Assembly (NCBI GenBank): GCA_965226885.1
Contig: CBDDEL010000013.1
Coordinates: 1 to 64,000 of the forward strand
Direction: 5' to 3'
Length of the DNA: 64,000 nucleotides
Source: Opitutales bacterium
GTDB taxonomy: Bacteria; Verrucomicrobiota; Verrucomicrobiia; Opitutales; UBA2987
The position numbers and the translations under genes were made by a program. The notes under the pieces are model-generated. The model was not told the DNA's origin, did not search any database, and saw nothing but the letters and a program-made list of their open reading frames with translations. Below are positions 20,408 to 30,176 of this stretch, one piece after another (position 1 is the first letter of the stretch; the number at the start of each line of letters is the position of its first letter).

Positions 20408-21649
20408 TTAATTGTCGTTATTCACCTCCGCCACCACCTGGTCTTGGTCGGGAGCGGTTTCGGTCTCCGGCAGCTGCGGCTCGTCGGTGAAAGTGATCTG
20501 TAAGGTGAAGGGGGCTTTGCCGCCGCTGGATCGGACCCGCGTAACGACGGAAGATATGCGGGCAGAATTACGCAGGGTCTGGGTATAACTGTTGACGGCC
20601 TCCACATTATTGCCAACGCCCTCCACCACCATTTGGTTGTAAGCGGCCGAGGCAGCTTCCGTAAAATGGATGATTTTGGGCCGCCCGGCATTGAGCAGGG
20701 TGAGCATTTCAAATGGCCTCAATTCCTGCTGCACGTACTGGTCGATTTTTTCCAGCAGGCTTTGCCGTTCTTCCACGTAAGCGGATTCAGGGGCTTGGCG
20801 GGCGATGGTATTCTCCCGGCTTTTTACCCAAATATTCCCGGCCAGAACCCCCACCTGCAAAAGCAGGAGCAATCCCGCGGCGATTCCCGCCCCCATCGCG
20901 CCTAGCCAGACTTTTTTGGAAATGGCCACGGCTTTGCGCTCCGTCCGCACGAAATTCTTGTCCCGGACATCGGCCTCCCAGCAGGCTGTTTCCGACAGGC
21001 CGGGAAAGGAATCGTCATGACGCCATAGGGTGTCCACGTCCTTCCCCGTTACGGTCCGGCTAAAAAGTTTGGGATTGCGGCCCGCTTTGCCGTCAGTGAC
21101 GGCGATGGAGCGGACTCCATCGGAAACCTTGAAACCGGCAGGATCGAGAGATGCCAGGAGGTTCTCCCGCTGTTTCAATAGTTCCTCATCCTCCAATTCG
21201 TCCTCCGGTAGGGGCATGGAATGGGCATTGACGGGCACCCTGCAGCCGGGCTTGAAATAAAGCGCGCTCAAGCTGGCCTGGTGGTTCAAAAAGCAAATCT
21301 CCGGTTGGTCGCACGCTTCCGGCAGCCCCGCCACGAAGTCCGGAAAGACATGATCGTGGTTTTCCAGGTTTTCAAAGCCATTTTTGCGCAGCCGTTCCCG
21401 ATAAGCGGCATAAATCAGAATATGGGGGGAATCCTTATGATGCAAATACCCCCAGTAAAGGTGTTCCAGAGGGAAAGGGGACACGCCTTCCAGCGAGAAT
21501 TCAGCGAACTGCTCGATATCCTTGCCTTCGATGCCCTCGGGCAACCCTACCATTTGGGTAAAGAAATACTCGCCCGGCAGCAGCAACAGAGTGCGCTGCG
21601 GGATTTTGCTTTTTATTTTCTCTTCAATACTGGAGAGTGCCTTAATCAT
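20408..21649 (-). CDS. gspL: GspL-like protein
   Basis: Cytoplasmic domain with SPFPLEHLYWGY, single TM, PilN-like C-terminus; position. Confidence 0.65.
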   Translation of the reverse strand: MIKALSSIEEKIKSKIPQRTLLLLPGEYFFTQMVGLPEGIEGKDIEQFAEFSLEGVSPFPLEHLYWGYLHHKDSPHILIYAAYRERLRKNGFENLENHDHVFPDFVAGLPEACDQPEICFLNHQASLSALYFKPGCRVPVNAHSMPLPEDELEDEELLKQRENLLASLDPAGFKVSDGVRSIAVTDGKAGRNPKLFSRTVTGKDVDTLWRHDDSFPGLSETACWEADVRDKNFVRTERKAVAISKKVWLGAMGAGIAAGLLLLLQVGVLAGNIWVKSRENTIARQAPESAYVEERQSLLEKIDQYVQQELRPFEMLTLLNAGRPKIIHFTEAASAAYNQMVVEGVGNNVEAVNSYTQTLRNSARISSVVTRVRSSGGKAPFTLQITFTDEPQLPETETAPDQDQVVAEVNNDN

Positions 21650-21692
21650 TAATATTCACTTACTAATACTATTTCAAGGGTCATTCTGTCGA

Positions 21693-22832
21693 TCATATTT
21701 TAAAGTTCTCGGTTATTCGTGTGACCTTAAAGGGATAGCCCAGTTCCGCTCCGGCATTGCCCCTTGCCTTGGTTCCCCCGCGTTTGGGGCGGCCCCCGAT
21801 GATTTTTCCATCGGCGGAATAAACGGTTTCCACATACATTCTGCTGGTCTTGGCGCTGGGATCGGCCCCGGTCCAGGAGACTATCGACGATAGCAGGAAA
21901 CTGGATTCTCCGCGTTTCACATCCACCACCACTTTGAGGACCTGTGTTTGCAAATCGGCGATGTTGCCGCTGGATGCGATATTGGCGGGAAAGAAAGGAT
22001 GATTGCGGGAGTTGATCATCTGGTCGTCCGCCGTGCCCCGCTCCCCATCCGAACCGTTTATATAATCATTGAGCGCTACCTGGTCGAAACCGGACAAACG
22101 GGCCAATACCGTGAGAACGAAACTGTTGGCCGAATTGAGGTTGACCGGGCTGTTGTGATCCAGTGATACCGCATTTTTAAACTGGTTGAAATAGCGCGTC
22201 GGGCGACCCGTTTCATCAAAAAACAAAACATCGAAACCTTGGATCAAGCGCAGCTCCTCCCAGCTTTGGAGGGCCTCGTTGGGTGGATGGTAACCGTCTT
22301 CGCCGTTTTCATAATAATCGCTTTCGGCCCCATTGAGGCGCTCTAGGTCGTCCTCGTCAACCCAGTCGTGGAGGGAATCGGCGAGGGTTTCGGCTTCCTG
22401 CATAGTGATCCCCATTTCCTCAAAAATCATTTTCATGAGCAGTGGGTCTTCCTGCGCCAGGGCAAGGGAAAATTTTGCCGATTCGTCCGATATCCGGACT
22501 TTGATATCGAGGCTTGGGTCAAACCTAACTTTGGCGTATTGCAAGGGATTGCCCCAACCCTGGGCGGGAGAATGCAGGGCGTTGTCGATTTCCCGGATTT
22601 CATCGATTACGGCCAGAGCGGTTTCCATGACCGAATAAGCCTCGGTCCGCAAATCATCGCGATTGTAGAATAGACCATAATACTTTATTTTGGCCGTGGC
22701 CTCCTCCATGAATTCGAGCAAGATAAAGGACACCAGGGCGGTCAGGGCCAGGACCGCAATGAGAATGCTCCCGCGGCTTTGCCTTTGCCGTGGCCGGCGT
22801 CGACTTCTATTATTTTTAAAAAATGGGAACAT
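21693..22832 (-). CDS. gspK: Minor pseudopilin K
   Basis: RGSILIAVL, DESAK, DWVDEDD, GAESDYY, EELRLI, VNLNSA. Confidence 0.88.
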   Translation of the reverse strand: MFPFFKNNRSRRRPRQRQSRGSILIAVLALTALVSFILLEFMEEATAKIKYYGLFYNRDDLRTEAYSVMETALAVIDEIREIDNALHSPAQGWGNPLQYAKVRFDPSLDIKVRISDESAKFSLALAQEDPLLMKMIFEEMGITMQEAETLADSLHDWVDEDDLERLNGAESDYYENGEDGYHPPNEALQSWEELRLIQGFDVLFFDETGRPTRYFNQFKNAVSLDHNSPVNLNSANSFVLTVLARLSGFDQVALNDYINGSDGERGTADDQMINSRNHPFFPANIASSGNIADLQTQVLKVVVDVKRGESSFLLSSIVSWTGADPSAKTSRMYVETVYSADGKIIGGRPKRGGTKARGNAGAELGYPFKVTRITENFKI

Positions 22833-23466
22833 CCTGGCTCCTTTGCGGCAAGTAGAAGGGAATCACTTTGACCTCGCCTTCATATTCAAATTTCAGCTTG
22901 ATGAAGTCCGGCAATAGGTATTGGCCCTCAAGGTCTTTTTCCGGTCTGTCATACAAGTCCCAATTGTCCGTCTCCCTGTCGTAATAACAATAAGTTATTT
23001 GGGTTATATAGGGAGAAACATGGGTTCGGCGCACATCATTGAGGTCATCCACTTCGTCCAGCCGCGAATACCACAATAAGGAAAGCCCGTCCCGCTCGCG
23101 AAAATAAATATGGCTGGTGACGGCTGGCCTGGGCAGCCCTTCCCATACATAGAGGGCCGGGGATTCCTTCAGCCGAAAGGTCAGCAGCGGCTCGTCCAGG
23201 TCGCTATAACCGGGGGGCCGGTCCCAATTTACGGGGGCCGCTTTTTCTTCATCGTTGAGACCCTCGGAAAGGGACAGGACGTTTTTCAGGAAGATGGTCA
23301 CTCCGTCCACATGCTGCTTGAAAAAATCATCCCCGGTGCTGTTGATCCAGATATTGGAAAGGGAGAATACATGCACCATGATCGCCGTCATGAGCGTTCC
23401 GCCGATGGACAGGGCGAGCAAGACTTCGATCAGGGTAAAACCGGAATGTTTTTTCAGGTTCTTCAT
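22816..23466 (-). CDS. gspJ: Minor pseudopilin J-like
   Basis: Prepilin motif GFTLIEVLLAL; start set at MKNLKK. Confidence 0.75.
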   Translation of the reverse strand: MKNLKKHSGFTLIEVLLALSIGGTLMTAIMVHVFSLSNIWINSTGDDFFKQHVDGVTIFLKNVLSLSEGLNDEEKAAPVNWDRPPGYSDLDEPLLTFRLKESPALYVWEGLPRPAVTSHIYFRERDGLSLLWYSRLDEVDDLNDVRRTHVSPYITQITYCYYDRETDNWDLYDRPEKDLEGQYLLPDFIKLKFEYEGEVKVIPFYLPQRSQDVPIF

Positions 23467-23470
23467 CGAT

Positions 23471-23941
23471 TCAGCGATATTGGTTGTGCTGGCGTCTTGC
23501 CAGGAGGCGCTCGCGGGCTTCCGCAATCAATTGGCTGCGCTCGACCGGGTCCGACCAGGTGGGCCGTAGAACCACCAGATTCTGGATAAAGATTTGCTGA
23601 CTAATCTCATTGGGCGGAGTTAATTCGATAGTCAATTGAACATAGAACAAATCACTCACCCTGGTTTCTTCCACCGTGGCGCGCCAGTTTGCGCTGCCCG
23701 AAGAGAGGGTTTCCACCTTGCCTCCATTTTCAAATTCATCCCGGTCTGATTCTTCCAGGGCGATGGTGCGAACAAACCTGACATCGGACTGCACATCGGA
23801 TTCGCTCTCAATCGAGGCAAGACTGACCAGAGTGTTCACAAAAGCCTGTGTAATGACGACCATGGTCAGCCCGAACAAAGCAATCGACAAGGTGATCTCA
23901 ATGAGGGTGAAACCGGCGCTCTGTTCGGTGGGGGTTTTCAT
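23471..23941 (-). CDS. gspI: Minor pseudopilin I-like
   Basis: Prepilin motif GFTLIEITLSI; position. Confidence 0.72.
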   Translation of the reverse strand: MKTPTEQSAGFTLIEITLSIALFGLTMVVITQAFVNTLVSLASIESESDVQSDVRFVRTIALEESDRDEFENGGKVETLSSGSANWRATVEETRVSDLFYVQLTIELTPPNEISQQIFIQNLVVLRPTWSDPVERSQLIAEARERLLARRQHNQYR

Positions 23942-23950
23942 GGTTTAGGA

Positions 23951-24457
23951 TTAAAGGGCGGAAAAATCGATTTCCGTGTCCGAGAAAGGGTCGAACTGAT
24001 GGACGGAATGTTCTTCATCGTAGTTCAATTCCACCACAAAAGGCGTCGAGGAACGATCGGGATGAAATATCAAGTGAGTGGTTTTTTTCCGATTGGCGGA
24101 GAAGTTCCGCAAAGAGCTGGTCCCCCTTTCGGGAAGTATTCGGTAGAAAATGATTTCCAGGTTCTTATCGTCAGCCGAGTACCCGGTGGGAATTGCCTGG
24201 AGGACATTATTTCTGCGATCGGTGATTTGGAATTCGCTCTTTTCCACGTCGAAATCGAGGAAAACCGGCTCCCTGTCTTTGGCTGCCTGGAAGCGGGCGT
24301 CCCGCACCACCTTACGCAAAATTTCGGGCAGGGGCCGTTCCTCGAAGCCCCGGAAAATGGCGTTGGCATTGATGATTACCAGTCCCGAGATCATGGCCAG
24401 CAGGCTCAGGACCATAACCACTTCAATGATGGTAAAGCCGGATGAATTTCTCCTCAT
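23951..24457 (-). CDS. gspH: Minor pseudopilin H-like
   Basis: Prepilin motif GFTIIEVVMVL; start set at MRRNSS. Confidence 0.72.
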   Translation of the reverse strand: MRRNSSGFTIIEVVMVLSLLAMISGLVIINANAIFRGFEERPLPEILRKVVRDARFQAAKDREPVFLDFDVEKSEFQITDRRNNVLQAIPTGYSADDKNLEIIFYRILPERGTSSLRNFSANRKKTTHLIFHPDRSSTPFVVELNYDEEHSVHQFDPFSDTEIDFSAL

Positions 24458-24666
24458 TTTCTTCACAGTCAATTTGAATACAGCTTTGGGTCGGAAATGC
24501 AATTTTGTGCCGGAAATACCAAGCCAAAGCAATACACTGACAAATCCTGGTATTTCAATTCTCGTGAAATTGAAAGGGGTTTCTTACCAATTAATAAACC
24601 AAATCGACGCAGAAATGTTTCAAACCGGTTTATGAACCGTAAATGGCAAGTAGCGGAAAGCCCGCG

Positions 24667-25119
24667 TCATTCCCAATTACCGATATCGTCGGCGCTTTCC
24701 GTGCCGTCCTCACCCAGCGAGTAGAGGTCGTACTTGTTCGGGTTTTTGGAACCGGGATAGCGATATTTGTAAGGATTTCCCCAGGGATCGTCGGGCAGGT
24801 TGTCGATGTAGGGTCCCTTCCATTTGGTCGATTTGTTTCCGGGTGCCTTTAGCAGGGCGCCCAGTCCCTCTGCCGTGGAGGGAAAACTGCCCGTGTCGAT
24901 ACGGAATTTGAGAAGGGGGGCATCCACCGAGGCATCCACGAAGATTTTGGCCGTCGACTCCTGGCCTCCGGCAAAAATACCGGTGAAATTGGTGACCACC
25001 ACTCCGGCCAGCAATGCTATCAAGGCCAGCACGATGAGGATTTCAATGAGGGAAAAGCCGTCCTGGCGGCTGTTTTTACTTCGGGGATGCTGGCCCCCAT
25101 GCTTAGTTTTGCCTATCAT
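24667..25119 (-). CDS. gspG: Major pseudopilin G
   Basis: GFSLIEILIV, FPSTAEGL, WKGPY, DPWGNPYKY, DDIGNW. Confidence 0.95.
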   Translation of the reverse strand: MIGKTKHGGQHPRSKNSRQDGFSLIEILIVLALIALLAGVVVTNFTGIFAGGQESTAKIFVDASVDAPLLKFRIDTGSFPSTAEGLGALLKAPGNKSTKWKGPYIDNLPDDPWGNPYKYRYPGSKNPNKYDLYSLGEDGTESADDIGNWE

Positions 25120-25234
25120 GATTTTAACCCGGAGCTTAAATTTTCAATCCGCTGGCTCGGTCCACCCTTACTATTTACAGCGGTCAATCTTTCACTTTCT
25201 GCTTTTTCCAATACCCCAGACCCATCAAGCGGCC

Positions 25235-25639
25235 TCATAGTTCCGTCGCAATGCTGACAATATCCGCTCCGCCTAATTTCGCTTCATCGATGGCTCTGAC
25301 CACCAGACCGGCGGAGGATGCCTCATCTACCTGCAAAATGACCGGCATTTTGTCTTTTAGGTTGAGCCGTTTGACAATCGGGCGAATGCCGGCAATGCCG
25401 ATCTCACGCCCGCCATAAATGATCTGATTGGCCGATGTTATGGCGATCAGAATACTGTTTTTCTGCAGGTCGCGGGCCGTTATCGAGGGTGGCCGGTTAA
25501 CCTCCACCCCCGGCTCTTCCACAAACACCGTGGTGACGATGAAAAAGATGAGGAGAATGAATACCATGTCGATCATGGGCGAAATATTGATTTCGCTCAG
25601 TTCAGGCTCACCTCCGGCAAGAACACCTTTATTTTTCAT
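25235..25639 (-). CDS. exbD: ExbD/TolR family protein
   Basis: [21 protein letters not shown] motif with conserved Asp. Confidence 0.93.
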   Translation of the reverse strand: MKNKGVLAGGEPELSEINISPMIDMVFILLIFFIVTTVFVEEPGVEVNRPPSITARDLQKNSILIAITSANQIIYGGREIGIAGIRPIVKRLNLKDKMPVILQVDEASSAGLVVRAIDEAKLGGADIVSIATEL

Positions 25640-25680
25640 AATTAATGTGCGTTTTTGGAAAAAAGTTTTTCAGCGCTCTG

Positions 25681-27060
25681 CTAAGATCTTTTAAATTCGC
25701 TCAGTCCGTTGATGAAACCGACAGCGGTCTGCTCCATACTGGCAACCACCCCTTTTGCCTTGCGGCTAAGCAAAGCGTGCAGAATGAGGGCGGGAATGGC
25801 GATAATGAGGCCGAACTTTGTCGTAATAAGAGCTTCCGAGATGCCGGTGGCCAGATTGCTGGCATCGCCCGTTCCGAATACGGTGATAAGTTTAAACGTT
25901 TTAATCATTCCCGTAACCGTACCCAGCAGACCCAGTAGGGGGGCCGTGGCCGCAGTTACCGCGATCAGGGGCAGCATTCTCTCAAGGTGGGGTTTGGTCT
26001 CGATAATTTTCTCGTAAAGGACCTCCTCAATGAAGTTGTTATCCGCCTCCGAATTTTTTACCGCCGCCGTCAGCATTCTGCCCGCCGGCCCTTTCACGGA
26101 TTTGGCATGACCCATAGCCTTTTCCCGCTCACCGGCTTTCAAAAAATCGAGAATAATGCTCAGGTCCCGGGGACGGGCCCGGGTTACCAGACCGATCTCG
26201 AACCATTTGAAAATAGCTACGATAAAGGCAAAGGTAGCCAACCCAAGAATGGGATACATGACAATGCCGCCATTTTTGATATGTTCGACTATGGTTTCTT
26301 GCGTGGCGGCCAGCTTGATGGCATCTCCCAGGGTAGGGTCCACCGGAATCTGCCCGGTGCCGGTCGAGGCTAAAGCGCTGATGATTGCCGCATTATCTTG
26401 ACCGATGTCCGTCACCACGGAATTGGTGGCCTTGATATCGCTTTGGGCGATTCCGGCGTTGCCCGTATCGCTGGAAAAATAACTGATCGGCCCGACGATG
26501 ATAAATTTCCCTTTTTCATAACTGCCGTCCGGAGTGACCGCGCTGCCCTCGAAAATATGACCGCCGATAACGTCATTCAAATGCGCAAAGGCTGCATCAA
26601 TGGCTATTAGTTGTGTGGCCAACTTTTCATTTTCGTCTATCGTTGCGCTTTCCACAGCCATATTGGCATCATTGATTTTATCCCTGTATAGCTGCTGCTC
26701 TCCGACATGGATACTGGTATCGAAACGGCGGATATATTCTGCTAATTGGCTTGCCAGGTAGCTGTTGTTATCTCGCAAACCCGAGATGCGCTGTTCCATG
26801 GTGGTGATATTGACTTCGCTGTTTTCCCGGATGCGTTTGTTGCGGTCGGCTTCCAGGCGTTTGCCCAGTGCGTCTTTTTCCAGCAAGTTCAGTTCCTTGG
26901 CCAAGGGAATTCTTTCACTTTCAATCTCCGCCCGCAGAACGGAAAGATTCCGCAACACTTTCTGCAGATCGCTGGCGGCAATTGAGTTGCCCGTATCCAG
27001 GTTTTGCCCAATCAGAGGTAGAGCGCACCAGATGGAGAGGAGAATAATCGCTTTCTTCAT
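25681..27060 (-). CDS. exbB: Long MotA/TolQ/ExbB proton-channel protein (TtpC-like)
   Basis: Signal peptide, long periplasmic coiled coil, APLLGLLGTVTGMI, GISEALITT. Confidence 0.88.
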   Translation of the reverse strand: MKKAIILLSIWCALPLIGQNLDTGNSIAASDLQKVLRNLSVLRAEIESERIPLAKELNLLEKDALGKRLEADRNKRIRENSEVNITTMEQRISGLRDNNSYLASQLAEYIRRFDTSIHVGEQQLYRDKINDANMAVESATIDENEKLATQLIAIDAAFAHLNDVIGGHIFEGSAVTPDGSYEKGKFIIVGPISYFSSDTGNAGIAQSDIKATNSVVTDIGQDNAAIISALASTGTGQIPVDPTLGDAIKLAATQETIVEHIKNGGIVMYPILGLATFAFIVAIFKWFEIGLVTRARPRDLSIILDFLKAGEREKAMGHAKSVKGPAGRMLTAAVKNSEADNNFIEEVLYEKIIETKPHLERMLPLIAVTAATAPLLGLLGTVTGMIKTFKLITVFGTGDASNLATGISEALITTKFGLIIAIPALILHALLSRKAKGVVASMEQTAVGFINGLSEFKRS

Positions 27061-27101
27061 ATGTTAAAAATATTTCTTATGGGCGAGGTGGACCTGCTGG
27101 A

Positions 27102-27881
27102 TCAGTTAATGGTTACCGGAAGCTTGAGGAAGAGGGCCGGCTTGATGACGTTTTCATACATAGCAATGGCCCTCCAGATATCGTGCGCGTAATCGTTTTG
27201 CTCCGTCCACACCCACTGACCGTCGGCCAGCTTGCCGGCCTTGGCGAATTGTTGGTTGGAATCGACAAAAAATGCCTGGGCCAGCCCGAGATAGAGCGTT
27301 TTAACTTCCACCGTTTTGTCGGTGTCAATTTCCCTTAATTCGCTTACAACGGTCACAGCGCCGTTGAATTTATCCACCTCAGTGAGAATCCCCAAGATAA
27401 TATTGACGCGTTCTGCACCCGTCAGCGACGTTTTCTCTGCATCGGCGGGCATCTTTGCCAGGAGGGAAGAGGTTTTTTCCAGGAGGGGTCCGGGGAAGCT
27501 CTTGGCCAGTCGCAAGAGGGTTTGTTCATAGCGCGGAATGGCATCTTCCACCACCTCGGTGGCCGAGCGTAATATTTTTTCTTCGACCTCCATCTCAATG
27601 CGTTTTGCATCGGCCAGGGCCACATCCTTGCGGGATTCTTCAATCTGCTCTTCGAGAGCTTTAATCTCCTTTATGAGGAGGTTGATCTTGAAGGTCATGA
27701 TCACCTTCTGCTCCCGCCAGTCGCTGGCCTCTTGGGAGATGAGTTGGCTTGTATTCACCCACTTTTCGATCATTGAGGGAGTTTCCCCCATGGTATAGCT
27801 CGAATTTTGAGCATAGCTGCCGGCAGAAGCGGTCAAAGCTGTGACCAGAGCTGCCATTTTAGCAAATTGCGAAATTTTCAT
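27102..27881 (-). CDS. DUF3450-family protein
   Basis: Signal peptide, coiled coil, LYLGLAQAFFVD; usual position upstream of long ExbB. Confidence 0.75.
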   Translation of the reverse strand: MKISQFAKMAALVTALTASAGSYAQNSSYTMGETPSMIEKWVNTSQLISQEASDWREQKVIMTFKINLLIKEIKALEEQIEESRKDVALADAKRIEMEVEEKILRSATEVVEDAIPRYEQTLLRLAKSFPGPLLEKTSSLLAKMPADAEKTSLTGAERVNIILGILTEVDKFNGAVTVVSELREIDTDKTVEVKTLYLGLAQAFFVDSNQQFAKAGKLADGQWVWTEQNDYAHDIWRAIAMYENVIKPALFLKLPVTIN

Positions 27882-27915
27882 CAGTAATTTTTTGATATGT
27901 CTTTTTCTCTCAACT

Positions 27916-27943
27916 AGGAGGGGTGCGAAAGGAGGGGTGCGAA
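27916..27943. repeat. 14-bp perfect tandem duplication
   Basis: AGGAGGGGTGCGAA x2 upstream of DUF3450. Confidence 0.92.
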
Positions 27944-28286
27944 GAATTTGTTCTATTTTAGAAATTGATGGAATTTTTTTCCGAAATGGTTGCCATTTAA
28001 TTAATAGAGGAGAGAAATATTGTCGTCAGGATTTAACTTAATCAATCCTGCTTTTCCCAGCATTTTAACAGGATTGCCATAAAGATATGAAGTGAACTTC
28101 CCACCTTGGCCGGCCCCATTGTCCTGTCAAGCTTTTGTCTGCCAGCCATTGTCTGGCAATTCGATTCTCATTCCTTGCCTGGATTCGACAAATCGAGGCG
28201 AAAATTTCGCAAGCGATTAATTTTTTGAATTGACGCTTTACATTACCGCAGGAAAGCGTTTTCTTTTCCACCTTTCTCATTAAATC

Positions 28287-28481
28287 ATGCACAAGACACG
28301 CAAATCAATAGCGAAACGCTTTAAAGTCACGGGCACCGGCAAGGTGTTGCGCCGCACTCCGGGGCACCGCCATATATTGCGCAAGCTCAGTAAAAAGCAG
28401 AAACGACGTGCAAGTATAGATAAGTCCGTGGCTCCGGGGCTCGCCCGGCAAGTTAAAATCGCCGCCCCCAATCTATTTTAA
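28287..28481 (+). CDS. rpmI: 50S ribosomal protein L35
   Basis: KTRKSIAKRFKVTGTGK. Confidence 0.97.
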   Translation: MHKTRKSIAKRFKVTGTGKVLRRTPGHRHILRKLSKKQKRRASIDKSVAPGLARQVKIAAPNLF

Positions 28482-28570
28482 ATCTTGCCCCTCCAGGCGT
28501 TCAGGTAAAGGATTCGGCAACCCCGACAGGAGGTCTGGCGGTTTGGAGAAACAACTAAGGAAATCGAAAC

Positions 28571-28933
28571 ATGCCTAGAGCATCCAACACTCCCGCAACC
28601 CATAAACGGCGCAAACGCGTAATAAGCAAGGCCCGCGGCTACTGGGGCAACAAATCCCGCCTCTACCGCTTTGCCAAGGACGCGGTGGACCGCGCCGGTC
28701 AGTTCGCCTACCGGGACCGCCGCAAAAAGAAAACCCAATGGCGTCAGCTTTGGATCGTCCGCATCAATGCGGCCTGCCGTGCCCAAGACATCACCTACTG
28801 CCGATTTATGAATGGCTTGAAGAAGGCCGGCATAGAGCTCGACCGCAAAGCTCTGGCCGAACTCGCCGTACGAGACGAGGTGGCTTTTAACAGTTTGGTG
28901 GAAAAGGCCAAGTCCGCAGTCAGCGCTGCCTGA
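28571..28933 (+). CDS. rplT: 50S ribosomal protein L20
   Basis: [28 protein letters not shown]. Confidence 0.97.
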   Translation: MPRASNTPATHKRRKRVISKARGYWGNKSRLYRFAKDAVDRAGQFAYRDRRKKKTQWRQLWIVRINAACRAQDITYCRFMNGLKKAGIELDRKALAELAVRDEVAFNSLVEKAKSAVSAA

Positions 28934-28981
28934 GGCGTTCCCGAAGTCTGCCTTTTCCACGAATGCTCCCGGCCATCGGAT

Positions 28982-29019
28982 TTGATGGACCGGCCGCTCG
29001 TTGATGGACCGGCCGCTCG
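28982..29019. repeat. 19-bp perfect tandem duplication
   Basis: TTGATGGACCGGCCGCTCG x2 between rplT and pheS. Confidence 0.92.
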
Positions 29020-29061
29020 TTAATGGAAATATTCAATTGGAATAACTAAATCCAGACAACC

Positions 29062-30108
29062 ATGCAGATGCAGGAAACTCTCGACACCATTATCGCTGAG
29101 ACCGAAAAAGGCGGCCGGGCTGTAGTTTCCAGAGCCGGGTTCGAGGCATTCAAGGCCGGCTTGATGGGTCCCAGGGGCTCTTTTACCCAGGTGCGCAAAC
29201 AGATGGGCCAAATCCCCAAAGAAGACAGGCCCGCTTTCGGCAAAAAAATCAACCAGGCCAAGAACCGCCTGGAAGAGATGCTGGCGGAAATTCTCGACAG
29301 GATTGAACGACAGGAATTGTCCTCCCGGCTGGGAGCGGCCATCGACCCCACCTTGCCCAGTCCCGAGCAGTTGCCCGGCTCCCTCCACCCGCTGACCCAG
29401 ATCCGGGACGAGCTTTGCTCCATTTTCCGGCAAATAGGGTTTGTGGTGGCTGAAGGTTCCGAGGTCGAAACCGAGTTTTTCTGTTTCGACGCCTTAAACA
29501 CGCCCCCCGACCATCCAGCCCGGGATTTGCAGGATACCTATTACCTACAGGATAAAATTCACTTTGCCAACATTCCGCAGCACCAGGACGAACGCTACGT
29601 GCTACGGTCGCACACCTCCACCGTGCAAATCCGGGCCATGCTCGAGCAACAGCCGCCCCTGCGCATCATTTCCCCCGGCCGCTGCTTCCGGCGCGATACC
29701 CCCGACGCCACCCACAGCGCCAATTTCCACCAGATCGAAGGCCTCTACGTCGATAAGAACGTGACCGTCAAAGACCTCAAGGCGGACCTCGACTACTGTT
29801 TCCAGTCCCTCATGGGCAAAGATGCGCGGACTCGTTTCCGGCCTCACTTTTTCCCCTATACGGAGCCCAGTTTCGAGGTCGATTTCCACTCCGGGCACCT
29901 CGCCAAAGTGGGGACCGAGTGGACGGAAATCATGGGTTGCGGGATGGTCGATCCCACCGTATTTGAAGCCGTCGGCTATGACCCCGAGGTGTGGACCGGT
30001 TATGCCTTCGGTATGGGCATCGAACGAATTGCCATGATTCTCTACGGAGTCGATGACATTCGCTATTTTTACCAGAACGATTTACGTTTTTTACATCAGT
30101 TTGCCTGA
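29062..30108 (+). CDS. pheS: Phenylalanyl-tRNA synthetase alpha subunit
   Basis: HPARDLQDT, FHQIEGL, FFPYTEPSFE, GYAFGMGIER. Confidence 0.97.
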   Translation: MQMQETLDTIIAETEKGGRAVVSRAGFEAFKAGLMGPRGSFTQVRKQMGQIPKEDRPAFGKKINQAKNRLEEMLAEILDRIERQELSSRLGAAIDPTLPSPEQLPGSLHPLTQIRDELCSIFRQIGFVVAEGSEVETEFFCFDALNTPPDHPARDLQDTYYLQDKIHFANIPQHQDERYVLRSHTSTVQIRAMLEQQPPLRIISPGRCFRRDTPDATHSANFHQIEGLYVDKNVTVKDLKADLDYCFQSLMGKDARTRFRPHFFPYTEPSFEVDFHSGHLAKVGTEWTEIMGCGMVDPTVFEAVGYDPEVWTGYAFGMGIERIAMILYGVDDIRYFYQNDLRFLHQFA

Positions 30109-30176
30109 GCCGTTGAACGTGCCCTTTGCTTCTCGTTTCCGTCAAAAAATTTCAAATTTCCATCCCATCTTAATTA

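Noticed and set aside
27882..28286. Absence of thrS-infC upstream of rpmI as a deletion
   Set aside because: No IS scar or remnant here, and the linkage is not universal; cannot be judged from this window.
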